Both the position numbers and the translations under genes were made by a program. Of a DNA stretch of 32,000 nucleotides, positions 6,793 to 14,580 are shown piece after piece. The notes below the pieces were generated by a model. It was not told the origin of the DNA. It saw only the letters and a program-made list of their open reading frames with translations, and did no database searches. The stretch is from Pyrobaculum calidifontis JCM 11548 (GTDB lineage Archaea; Thermoproteota; Thermoprotei; Thermoproteales; Thermoproteaceae): contig NC_009073.1 in the NCBI RefSeq assembly GCF_000015805.1, positions 930,001 through 962,000 on the forward strand, read 5' to 3'. The first letter of the stretch is position 1, and the number at the start of each line of letters is the position of its first letter.

Positions 6793-9128
6793 GGCCCCAC
6801 TTCGTACAGCACAACCCACCCATGGGGCCTAGAGACGTAGACAAGCCTCAGAGGCCTCGTCGCCGTTGTAATAAACGGCACCTGCTCCTTTGCGCCAGTA
6901 AGCGGGTCGGCCACCACCTCCACGCTCCCGGAGGTCCACCCCTGTATTGTGTACTGGAGAGCCCCTGCCAGCCTTGGCGCATACCCGGGCAGGTACACGT
7001 TGCCCCCCGTCAGCTTGAGGTCTCTAAACGTGGTGAAGACGCCTTGTTGATACACGCCCTCGAACATCCACGCGTACTGCTCGGTGGCGTTGCCGTAGGC
7101 GGGGACAAGCCTAACCTTGCTGAACAACATAGCGTAAAGCGTCCTATTTAAGCTGAGGGGGACCGGGTAGTAGCTCCCCTGTATAGTGAAATAGGCGTAC
7201 GTGGCGCTGGGCGGCGGGCCTGGGTAGCTCATGACCTTTGTGTAGAAGAAGTCTTCGAAGTTCGTCGACGTGGCGCCCAGTATCTTGGCCGCATCGCCGA
7301 CGTTCTCAAGCGCTATACGCGCCATCCAGTAGGACTTTAAAAAGTCGCCGCCGGGCGGGTATTCGTGAACAAGCAGATAGCCCGCAGACAGTGGAGTGGC
7401 TATGTACGGCATTATCGCCAAGACGTACTTCGTGCGGAAGTCCTTGGTAAATATTTCTGCGCCTACCTGCGGCGGGGCCATAAGCGCGAGGCCTATCTTC
7501 CCAATCTGCGTCGCGTTTATTGTGGAATTGTCGGCGAGACTCGTCTTATTGCCTATTATCGAGATCCAGTAGCCGTAGTCCCACCACGACGCCACAGGCT
7601 CGTAGATCGGTAGCCTCGTCTTCATCCACATCAACATGTCGAGGAAGTCCTCACTTACAACGCCGACGGCCGACGTTGCAATCTGCGTAGGCTGTCTCGC
7701 GAGCCCCTCGCCGTAGTTAAGTCTCTGGGCATTGAGGGCGGGCATCACCGAGGAGAGCAACATGGCCACGGATATAATAGCCGCGAGGGCCACCAGTAGG
7801 CCCAGCCTCTTGTTTTCCATTGCCTTGGCAATGCCCACAGCGGCCACAACAGTGGCTATGGGGGCCAGTAGCACGAGGAGGCGGACCATCGTCGCTGCGG
7901 CGTAGCCCGCCGTGGCTAAGTAGGACAGCGCCAAAAGGCCGCCGGGCGTGAAGAGGTAGGGCACCCCCGCGAGTATAAACGGCAACACTGGGCCATACCT
8001 AGCCACAATTTGAACAAAGGAAGTTGTGCTGTGCTCCGCCACGCTGGCCACAATGGCGGAGCGACCAACGGGGAAAAGAGTGGCGAGGTACTTCCCCCCT
8101 ATGGCGCCTGTGGCCAGCGCTGCTACGAATATGCCGATGCCGGCGAGGACCACGGCCACGACGAGCCACATATACCTCCTCAAGAGCTCCACGGTCCTCG
8201 TAACGCCGAGCTTTGAGTCTAAAAGCCATGTAGCTAAGGCGGCGGCTAAGCCAAAGGTCGGGATAATGTTAAAGGCACTTATGAGCGTATTTACGCCGTA
8301 TCTAGGTATTGTGGCCACGAAGACGCCGTAGAGCAAGTAGAAGAGGAGGTAGGAGAGGAAGAAGTTCCTGGCGTCAAAGGGGAGCTGGACCGCAGGAGGC
8401 GCCGGCCCCCTCTTCGCCTTAGAAGGCGCCGCCGGCGTAAACGCGAGCTTTAGGAAGTAGTAAGTAGGCAAGAGGAGCGCGTAGAGGCCCACCAAGTTCC
8501 ACACGTAGAAGTGCGCGCCCCACGTCCACGCCACATAGCCAAGCGCTACGCCGGCGAGAGCCCCCATCAAAGGCCTCCTCAGCCCGTCCAACAAGAGGGC
8601 TAGGCCCAGGGGTATTAGAAAAAGACTTATGGGCTCGTCGTCGAACCACGCGGCAAAGCCGCGCTCAATGAAGGCGGGCATAACGGCGGTAAGCATGGCA
8701 GAGAGCAGCCCCACTCTGAGACCCCCCTCCCCCAGCTCCTGGCCCACTTTGTACCCAAGGTAGAACATGGAGAAGACGGCGAGAGAGTTCATAATCGCCG
8801 GCGCCGCTACTACGGCGTGCCACAGATCAACGCCGAATGGGCGGAGAAGCGCGTAGACAAACAAGCCGTAGAAAGAGGTGCCCGGCAGAAGAACTTTGCC
8901 CCAATCGACGCCGTAGGGGTACCAGAACTGTAAAAACTGCGCACCGCTCCACCACCACCCAGCGCCGTGCTCCAACGTGTACTTGGCCAAGTAGTAGCGG
9001 ACATATGGGTCAAACTCGTCGAGCCACCACCCCCATAGGAAGACGCGGTACATTCTTGCGTATAAGGCTATGGCAAACGCGGCAAGCAGAGACGACGTGA
9101 CGAGGAGAATCCTCTCTTTCCTATCCAT
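6789..9128 (-). CDS. aglB: Dolichyl-phosphooligosaccharide-protein glycosyltransferase AglB (STT3 homolog)
   Basis: Multi-pass membrane N-terminal half with DEFDPY, and WWDYGYWI (the WWDYG catalytic motif) in the C-terminal half. The start is re-called to ATG 9128 (MDRKERILLV, 779 aa), because aaatatattt (9149-9158) lies ~25 nt upstream and overlaps the track TTG start. Confidence 0.9.
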   Translation of the reverse strand: MDRKERILLVTSSLLAAFAIALYARMYRVFLWGWWLDEFDPYVRYYLAKYTLEHGAGWWWSGAQFLQFWYPYGVDWGKVLLPGTSFYGLFVYALLRPFGVDLWHAVVAAPAIMNSLAVFSMFYLGYKVGQELGEGGLRVGLLSAMLTAVMPAFIERGFAAWFDDEPISLFLIPLGLALLLDGLRRPLMGALAGVALGYVAWTWGAHFYVWNLVGLYALLLPTYYFLKLAFTPAAPSKAKRGPAPPAVQLPFDARNFFLSYLLFYLLYGVFVATIPRYGVNTLISAFNIIPTFGLAAALATWLLDSKLGVTRTVELLRRYMWLVVAVVLAGIGIFVAALATGAIGGKYLATLFPVGRSAIVASVAEHSTTSFVQIVARYGPVLPFILAGVPYLFTPGGLLALSYLATAGYAAATMVRLLVLLAPIATVVAAVGIAKAMENKRLGLLVALAAIISVAMLLSSVMPALNAQRLNYGEGLARQPTQIATSAVGVVSEDFLDMLMWMKTRLPIYEPVASWWDYGYWISIIGNKTSLADNSTINATQIGKIGLALMAPPQVGAEIFTKDFRTKYVLAIMPYIATPLSAGYLLVHEYPPGGDFLKSYWMARIALENVGDAAKILGATSTNFEDFFYTKVMSYPGPPPSATYAYFTIQGSYYPVPLSLNRTLYAMLFSKVRLVPAYGNATEQYAWMFEGVYQQGVFTTFRDLKLTGGNVYLPGYAPRLAGALQYTIQGWTSGSVEVVADPLTGAKEQVPFITTATRPLRLVYVSRPHGWVVLYEVGP

Positions 9129-9337
9129 CAAGCGCGAAAACAGGCCCAAATATATTTCTTAACCCCCCGCCCCTCTTAAAGCCCAGCCCCCTCTCAAGCC
9201 CTTAACACTCTAAAGTCCCCGCCTGTGGGTAGGGTATGAGGTACCTCTTTGCGCCTGCTCCATCCTGGCCCGCGCCATCCTGCAGTAGATGTCGCGGCGC
9301 TTGTGAAAGCGCAACCTAATCGCAACCGTGACGCCTT

Positions 9338-9502
9338 CTATCCCCTCCTAAGCCCAACCGCAATCTTGATAGGCCGCCTCTCTAGGGGCGAGAGGCACTT
9401 AGGGCACACGCCGCCCCACATCTTTAGCACCGCCTCCACCGTCTTAGGCTCTTTGTCGCTGTAAAGGACAAAGCCGCAGGAGTCGCACTTTACGACAAAC
9501 AC
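9338..9502 (-). CDS. Small zinc-ribbon protein (unlisted ORF, 54 aa)
   Basis: My translation is VFVVKCDSCGFVLYSDKEPKTVEAVLKMWGGVCPKCLSPLERRPIKIAVGLRRG, with a CxxC...CxxC pattern. The start is GTG 9502 or TTG 9508. The TATA ttttaaaagg (9521-9530, minus sense) lies ~20 nt upstream. No family was recognised by eye. Confidence 0.4.
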   Translation of the reverse strand: MFVVKCDSCGFVLYSDKEPKTVEAVLKMWGGVCPKCLSPLERRPIKIAVGLRRG

Positions 9503-9551
9503 GGCCAAGGTGTATAATGGCCTTTTAAAAGTGTGAGATAGTACCTAGCTA

Positions 9552-10088
9552 TTACACGCAAGTTCTCACGCCGACGCCTTCGCGGAAGGTGAAGGTCAAG
9601 GCGTCTAGCTCGTCTTCCTCAAGCTCGGGGTACCGCCTCTTGAGCCACGGCCTTGAGGAGCCAGCGTCTAGCTCATCTACGAGGCGGACTTCGCGGCACC
9701 CCAGCGTGGAGAGGGCCCTCTTCATGTCCACGTATGGGGAAGAGCCCATGTGGATTTGGACAGACTCGGCGCTTTTCAACACGGCCTCCACCGTGGCCCA
9801 GTCCAACACGGCGTGTAGGACCAGCTCCCCCCTCCACACGTAGACCACCCCGTTCTTCGCAGTGCCCAGGTCGACCCCCAGCTTCCCCCCGCCTAGGATC
9901 TTCGGCACAGATGCGAAGAGCTCCTTCGCCACACACCTATAGTCGTCGCACGGCAACACTACGTCGCCGCCAGCTCTGTACCTTCCATCTACTATGACTA
10001 CGTCGCCGTCGCCAAATAGAGACACGCCGTACGCTATCTTCCGCACCACGTCGTATATACTCCGCCGCCCAACATAGGCCAGCTTCAA
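9552..10088 (-). CDS. Hypothetical protein, possible RNase H-fold (RuvC/YqgF-like) nuclease
   Basis: The start is re-called to TTG 10088 (LKLAYVGRRS..., 178 aa), 26 nt from the TATA centre at 10114. The track N-terminus overlaps the divergent DHH gene. KLGVDLGTAKNGVVYV resembles the first Asp strand of RuvC/YqgF. C-terminal EEDELDALTF resembles the terminal acidic D-A motif. The function is low confidence. Confidence 0.45.
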   Translation of the reverse strand: MKLAYVGRRSIYDVVRKIAYGVSLFGDGDVVIVDGRYRAGGDVVLPCDDYRCVAKELFASVPKILGGGKLGVDLGTAKNGVVYVWRGELVLHAVLDWATVEAVLKSAESVQIHMGSSPYVDMKRALSTLGCREVRLVDELDAGSSRPWLKRRYPELEEDELDALTFTFREGVGVRTCV

Positions 10089-10107
10089 CGTGTCAATAAA
10101 CTTAAGA

Positions 10108-10120
10108 AATTTATAAAATC
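10108..10120. promoter_or_regulatory. Shared TATA element of a divergent gene pair
   Basis: aaatttataaaat lies between minus start 10088 (26 nt away) and plus start 10129 (about 15 nt away). The second distance is short, so the plus gene may start further downstream, for example at TTG 10159. Confidence 0.4.
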
Positions 10121-10128
10121 TGCGCCTT

Positions 10129-11103
10129 GTGGACGCGTTAAGGGTACTCGCGGCTAAATTGCAGAAGAGGCCGGTGGCGCTCTGCGATTCAAACGACGTC
10201 GACGGCATAGCGTCGGCCGCGTTGTTCAAGCGCAAGTATCCAGAGGGGGTGGTGGTCCTAGCGGGGCCCTCCGAGGTCAAGAAGTGGTGGATTAAGGCCT
10301 TTACGTGGGATTTCGTCGCAGACCTCCCCTGCCCCGGCAAGGCCAAGGTTAGGGCAGACCACCACAAGACAAATGCCCCCTGCGCCGAAGTCGAGTTCTA
10401 CGACCCCGAGGCCCCCGCCGCGGCTGTACTAGCCGCCAAGGCCCTAGGCCTTGAAGAAGACCCAGTGGCGCGGGAGCTCGTAGAGGCGGCCGTGCAGACA
10501 GACACCGCAGATGTGAGAGATCCCACGGTGAAGAAGCTCGACCTGGCCATCAGGTACGGCTTTGCCGAGGAGAAGCTTGCGGCAATCGAGATACTGGCCA
10601 AGAAGGGACTAGCCGCGTTGGACGAAGAGCCCTTAAAGACCATGGCCGCCAGAGGAGAGGAGAAGGAGAAGCTGGTCTTAGCCATAGCGGAGAGGGTGCC
10701 GCCGAGAGAGACGCTGTTTATATACAACCCGGTCCACCTAGGGATCTCCTACAGGGCCCTCACCATAGAGCTGCAGAAGAGGGGCGCCAAATTTGTAAAC
10801 ATACTCGTAAGGCGGGCCAGGCGGCGCTACAGGCTCTACTGCGGAGCGCACAAAGACGGCGTGTACGATTGCACAAAAGTGGCAGTGCCCCTAGGCGGAG
10901 GAGGCCACAAGTACGCCGCAGGCGCGCAGATCAAGGCGCCGTTGCTAGACGCAGAAAGGCCGTTGCGCACGCTCGTGGAAATGCTCAAGCCCGACGTTGT
11001 ATACGTCCTTGGGCCCTGTAATAATATTGGGCCTAGGTGTGAAGAAATAAAATTGCCCGAGTCCCTGGATGCGTTGATGAGAAGTGGTTCAGGGGAGCGG
11101 TGA
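10129..11103 (+). CDS. DHH/DHHA1 family phosphoesterase (NrnA/RecJ-like)
   Basis: 324 aa. Motifs include DSNDVDGIASAAL (DHH motifs I-II), ADHHKTN (the DHH motif) and GGGGHKYAAGA (DHHA1 GGGH motif). The exact start is uncertain. Confidence 0.8.
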   Translation: MDALRVLAAKLQKRPVALCDSNDVDGIASAALFKRKYPEGVVVLAGPSEVKKWWIKAFTWDFVADLPCPGKAKVRADHHKTNAPCAEVEFYDPEAPAAAVLAAKALGLEEDPVARELVEAAVQTDTADVRDPTVKKLDLAIRYGFAEEKLAAIEILAKKGLAALDEEPLKTMAARGEEKEKLVLAIAERVPPRETLFIYNPVHLGISYRALTIELQKRGAKFVNILVRRARRRYRLYCGAHKDGVYDCTKVAVPLGGGGHKYAAGAQIKAPLLDAERPLRTLVEMLKPDVVYVLGPCNNIGPRCEEIKLPESLDALMRSGSGER

Positions 11104-11123
11104 ACGACCTTCAGCGGCGCTGA
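11074..11123 (+). ncRNA. Candidate C/D box sRNA (sR-2) overlapping the DHH gene stop codon
   Basis: C box TTGATGA at 11074-11080, then a 12-nt spacer gaagtggttcag. D' GGGA at 11093-11096, then the 3-nt loop gcg. C' GTGAacg at 11100-11106 contains the DHH stop TGA (11101-11103). A 13-nt spacer follows, then D box CTGA at 11120-11123. Flanking gcg (11071-73) and cgc (11125-27) can form a 3-bp terminal stem. A T7 run follows. Confidence 0.5.
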
Positions 11124-11129
11124 CCGCTA

Positions 11130-11136
11130 TTTTTTT
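11130..11136 (+). terminator. Oligo-T tract (archaeal terminator-like)
   Basis: Seven consecutive T lie directly after the DHH gene and sR-2. They merge into the glmS TATA (ttttataa), which is ~23 nt upstream of GTG 11159. Confidence 0.35.
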
Positions 11137-11158
11137 ATAATGGGGTACGTATTGTGCC

Positions 11159-12967
11159 GTGTGCGGCATCTTTGGCATCGTCTTTGCTGAAAAGCCGCGG
11201 AGGCCTCTTGGGGAGATTCTGAGGAGGGCTCTGGAGCGGCTTGAGTACAGGGGCTACGACTCTGCCGGCGTCGCCGTGGTGGACAAGGGCCTTGTGGTTA
11301 GGAAAGACGCTGGGAAAGTGGCCGAGGTAGCGTCTCGCTACGGCTTCGACGCCTTGCAGGGCACAGTCGGCATTGCGCATACGCGTTGGGCAACCCACGG
11401 GAAGCCTGACCAGAGCAACGCCCACCCGCATACGGACTGCCGCGGCGTCATCGCAGTTGTACACAACGGCATAATTGAAAACTATGCAGAACTGAAGAGG
11501 GAGCTTCTGGCGAAGGGCCACGTGTTTAAGTCTGAGACAGACACCGAGGTTGTGGTACATCTCGTGGAGGAGTACAAGAGGCAGGGCCTTGACACTTTTA
11601 CAGCGTTTAAGAAGGCGCTGGCGAGGATTAGGGGGGCCTACGCCATAGCGTTGATAGACGCTGAGAATCCCAATGCCATATACTTCGCCAGGAATTTGTC
11701 CCCTCTCATAATAGGGGTCGGCGACGGCTTCAACATAGTTGCAAGCGACATACCCACGGTGCTGGACTACACCAAGAGGATAGTCGCGGTGAGGGATGGG
11801 GAATACGGCTACATAACCCCCACGGAGGTCTACATAGAGGCGGATGGAGTGCCCCAGCCCGTGTACGAGCGGGTGGAGGAGATCCCCTGGAGCGCCGAGA
11901 TGGCGACAAAGGGGGGCTACCCCCACTTCATGCTCAAGGAGATATATGAGCAGCCGGAGTCTCTCGCGAGCACTGTGGCAGGCCTTGAGTGGGCTCAGCT
12001 CAGCGCCGTGGCCGACATGCTTTTGTCAGCTAGAAACATCTACGTCCTGGGGGCCGGCTCCTCCTACCACGCCGGCCTCACCTTTGCGGCGCGGCTCCCA
12101 CGGCTGAGGCTCACCCCCGTGCCCATAATCGCCTCTGAGTATTACACATATGAGCGGCTGTTTGACAGAGACGACGTGGCGATAGCCATATCTCAGTCTG
12201 GGGAGACCATAGACACCATCAGGGCCGCCAGGGCCATGAGGGAGAGGGGGGTAAAGGTCGTCGCGGTGACAAACGTCGTGGGGAGCACTCTTGCCAGGGA
12301 AAGCGACGTGGTAATATATACGCGGGCTGGCCCCGAGATAGGCGTCGCCGCCACTAAGACCTTCACTACGCAAGTGGCCACCCTCTCAGCGCTTTACTTA
12401 GCGGTGCTGAAGGCGGTGGGCGTAGATACGTCGGAGCTGGAGAGGGAGCTCAAGGCGTTGCCCGAGGCGGTTAGAAAGACTATTGAAAACACGGCCGGCA
12501 CAGCCAAGGACTTGGCCAAGAGGATGAAGGAGAAGCGGAGCGCATACTACCTAGGCCGCGGGCTCTCTCTGCCCGTCGCCATGGAGGGAGCCCTAAAGCT
12601 GAAGGAGGTGGCGTATATACACGCGGAGGCATATCCAGCGGGTGAGTCTAAACATGGGCCAATCGCGTTGGTGGAGGAGGGGTTCCCCGTCGTCTTCGTG
12701 TTTTCAGACCCCGACACTAGGGAGAAGACGCTTAGCAATGTGGCAGAGATGAAGGCGAGGGGCGCATACGCCATCGGCGTCGTGCCTGCAAAAAGCGACT
12801 TGGCAAAGAAGCTTGACTTCCCCGTGGAGGTGCCCGAGTCAGGGGAGCTCGCGGCCCCTGTGACCTACGTAGTGCCTCTACAGCTCCTCGCCTACTTCGC
12901 CGCCGTTGAGAGAGGGTACGACCCAGATAAGCCGAGGAACTTGGCAAAAACTGTGACAGTGGAGTAA
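11159..12967 (+). CDS. glmS: Glutamine--fructose-6-phosphate aminotransferase (isomerizing)
   Basis: 602 aa. The N-terminus is (M)CGIFGIV, a catalytic Cys Ntn amidotransferase. Two SIS domains are present (SQSGETIDT), and the C-terminus is KPRNLAKTVTVE. Confidence 0.95.
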   Translation: MCGIFGIVFAEKPRRPLGEILRRALERLEYRGYDSAGVAVVDKGLVVRKDAGKVAEVASRYGFDALQGTVGIAHTRWATHGKPDQSNAHPHTDCRGVIAVVHNGIIENYAELKRELLAKGHVFKSETDTEVVVHLVEEYKRQGLDTFTAFKKALARIRGAYAIALIDAENPNAIYFARNLSPLIIGVGDGFNIVASDIPTVLDYTKRIVAVRDGEYGYITPTEVYIEADGVPQPVYERVEEIPWSAEMATKGGYPHFMLKEIYEQPESLASTVAGLEWAQLSAVADMLLSARNIYVLGAGSSYHAGLTFAARLPRLRLTPVPIIASEYYTYERLFDRDDVAIAISQSGETIDTIRAARAMRERGVKVVAVTNVVGSTLARESDVVIYTRAGPEIGVAATKTFTTQVATLSALYLAVLKAVGVDTSELERELKALPEAVRKTIENTAGTAKDLAKRMKEKRSAYYLGRGLSLPVAMEGALKLKEVAYIHAEAYPAGESKHGPIALVEEGFPVVFVFSDPDTREKTLSNVAEMKARGAYAIGVVPAKSDLAKKLDFPVEVPESGELAAPVTYVVPLQLLAYFAAVERGYDPDKPRNLAKTVTVE

Positions 12968-14058
12968 TGAAGATCGCCCCCGTAGTCCTAGCCGGCGGCC
13001 GCCCCGGCGTCTTTGAAAAAATAACGGGCGGCCTGCCGAAGACCTACGTCAAGATAGGGGGCAAGAGGCTGTTTCAATATGCCGCGGATGCCCTCCTATC
13101 CCTCTTCGGAAGAGTGTACGTAGTTGCTCCACACCCCGTGGGCGGGGGCTACACCTACGTCGAAGAGAGAGGCGAGGGCATAGAAGGCGCACTGACGTCG
13201 GCGGAGGCCTACTTGGGGTCTGAGAGCCACGTCATGTTCACATACGGCGACGTGTACGTGGAGTCCTCTGCGTACAGAGCCCTTGTGGAAGCAACTGCGT
13301 CGATGGGCGCCGACGGCGCTGTCTTAGCAGTGCCAAGGAGAATTACAAAGGGGTACGGCGTGTTGGAGGCAAGGGTGGGGGGCCTCTTGGCGAAAGTTGG
13401 CGGAGAAGGCCAGTGGATTTTCGGCGGCGTGGCTCTCCTCCCCCGTGACGTTGTGAAAAAAGTAGCCTCGGCCGCTCTCTACGAGGTGTTAAACGAGGCG
13501 GCGCAGCTGAGGAAAATAGCCGTGGTCCCGTGGAGCGGCGTCTGGCACGACGTGAACTACCCAGAGGACTTGTTGCAACTGCTGGAGTACACGGCGCCGA
13601 CCTACACCCGCATATCGAGCAAGGCCAGGGTAAGCCCCACCGCCGTTTTAGAAGGCCCAGTGGTAGTGGAGGACGGCGCCGAGATAGACCACTACGCGGT
13701 GGTAAAGGGCCCGGTCTACATTGGTAGCGGCGCATTCATAGGGGCGCACACGCTAATACGCAATTACACAGACATAGAAGACGAGGCGCTTGTCGGCAGC
13801 TCCGCCGAGGTGAGCCACAGCCTCATTTGCGAAAAGGCCACGATAGGCCGCGCCTCGTATATATCATACAGCGTCGTTGGCCCAGAGGCAGTGGTGGAGC
13901 CCAACACAGTCACCATGTCTGTTCTGAGAGAGGGGAGAGACAGACTAGAGCCCGTCGAGGTGAGGGGCAGAAAGTTCTACAAACTCGGCGCATTGATAGA
14001 AGCAAAGGCAAGAATCCCAGCGGGTAGCGTATTGCGTCCAGGCATGGGATTCATATAG
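12967..14058 (+). CDS. Sugar-phosphate nucleotidyltransferase with C-terminal left-handed beta-helix domain (GlmU/ST0452-like)
   Basis: 363 aa. The N-terminus VVLAGGRPG...LPKTYVKIGGKRL is an NTP-transferase fold lacking the usual GxGTRL. The C-terminal third has hexapeptide repeats (IGSGAFIGAHTLI...VGSSAEVSHSLI...IGRASYISYSVV). The junction with glmS is TAATG. Confidence 0.7.
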   Translation: MKIAPVVLAGGRPGVFEKITGGLPKTYVKIGGKRLFQYAADALLSLFGRVYVVAPHPVGGGYTYVEERGEGIEGALTSAEAYLGSESHVMFTYGDVYVESSAYRALVEATASMGADGAVLAVPRRITKGYGVLEARVGGLLAKVGGEGQWIFGGVALLPRDVVKKVASAALYEVLNEAAQLRKIAVVPWSGVWHDVNYPEDLLQLLEYTAPTYTRISSKARVSPTAVLEGPVVVEDGAEIDHYAVVKGPVYIGSGAFIGAHTLIRNYTDIEDEALVGSSAEVSHSLICEKATIGRASYISYSVVGPEAVVEPNTVTMSVLREGRDRLEPVEVRGRKFYKLGALIEAKARIPAGSVLRPGMGFI

Positions 14059-14069
14059 GAGTAAGTCCA

Positions 14070-14543
14070 CTATCGTATGGCGTCTCCCGTGTATATGGTC
14101 AAGCGCGCCGCGTTGTTCCCAACGACGCCGTACACAGTCTTGGCGTTGTACGTCGCGCCGCCCAGCGTCACCATGCCCGTGCCGTAGACCACTCGGCCGG
14201 CAGTAGACGTCGCATTCTTATTCACAACGTCTACGGTCAACTGTGCAGATATGCCGTCCCCCGAGATAGTCACCTGCCGAGTGGAGACGTAGAGAGTGGC
14301 GTTAGCCAGACCGCCGTGTATTTTGCCGCGCCCCCATGCAATTGGCATCCCATGCGCGGTAGCCCGCCCGCCGTGCCCCCACGCGGCCGGCGGATGCCAC
14401 GCAGTAGAGTTGCCGCACCAATTTACCTTAGTAGCATTGACGGTGTTCCACTTCGCCTTGGCTCCACTGGCGTGCCACCCAGCTGCGTACACAGCCGCGG
14501 CCAGTGCCAGCGCCACACCTATCGCTATCAGCACCTTCTTCAT
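14070..14543 (-). CDS. Secreted protein, Trp/His/Gly-rich N-terminal half, unknown function
   Basis: 157 aa with a signal-peptide-like N-terminus (MKKVLIAIGVALALAAAVYA). Residues ~20-80 are rich in W, H and G (GWH, AWHPPAAWGHGG, AHGMPIAWGRGKIHGG). There are four N-x-S/T sequons. Its own TATA, tttatattcc, lies ~22 nt upstream. Confidence 0.6.
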   Translation of the reverse strand: MKKVLIAIGVALALAAAVYAAGWHASGAKAKWNTVNATKVNWCGNSTAWHPPAAWGHGGRATAHGMPIAWGRGKIHGGLANATLYVSTRQVTISGDGISAQLTVDVVNKNATSTAGRVVYGTGMVTLGGATYNAKTVYGVVGNNAARLTIYTGDAIR

Positions 14544-14580
14544 GGCCTACCTATCTGCCGCGGAATATAAACAAAACTCA

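Noticed and set aside
9160-9340. A 46-codon open frame directly after the zinc-ribbon ORF stop, suggesting a -1 frameshift extension at aggagggga.
   Set aside because: There is no canonical slippery heptamer. Open frames of this length are common in GC-rich DNA, and the extension has no recognisable motif.
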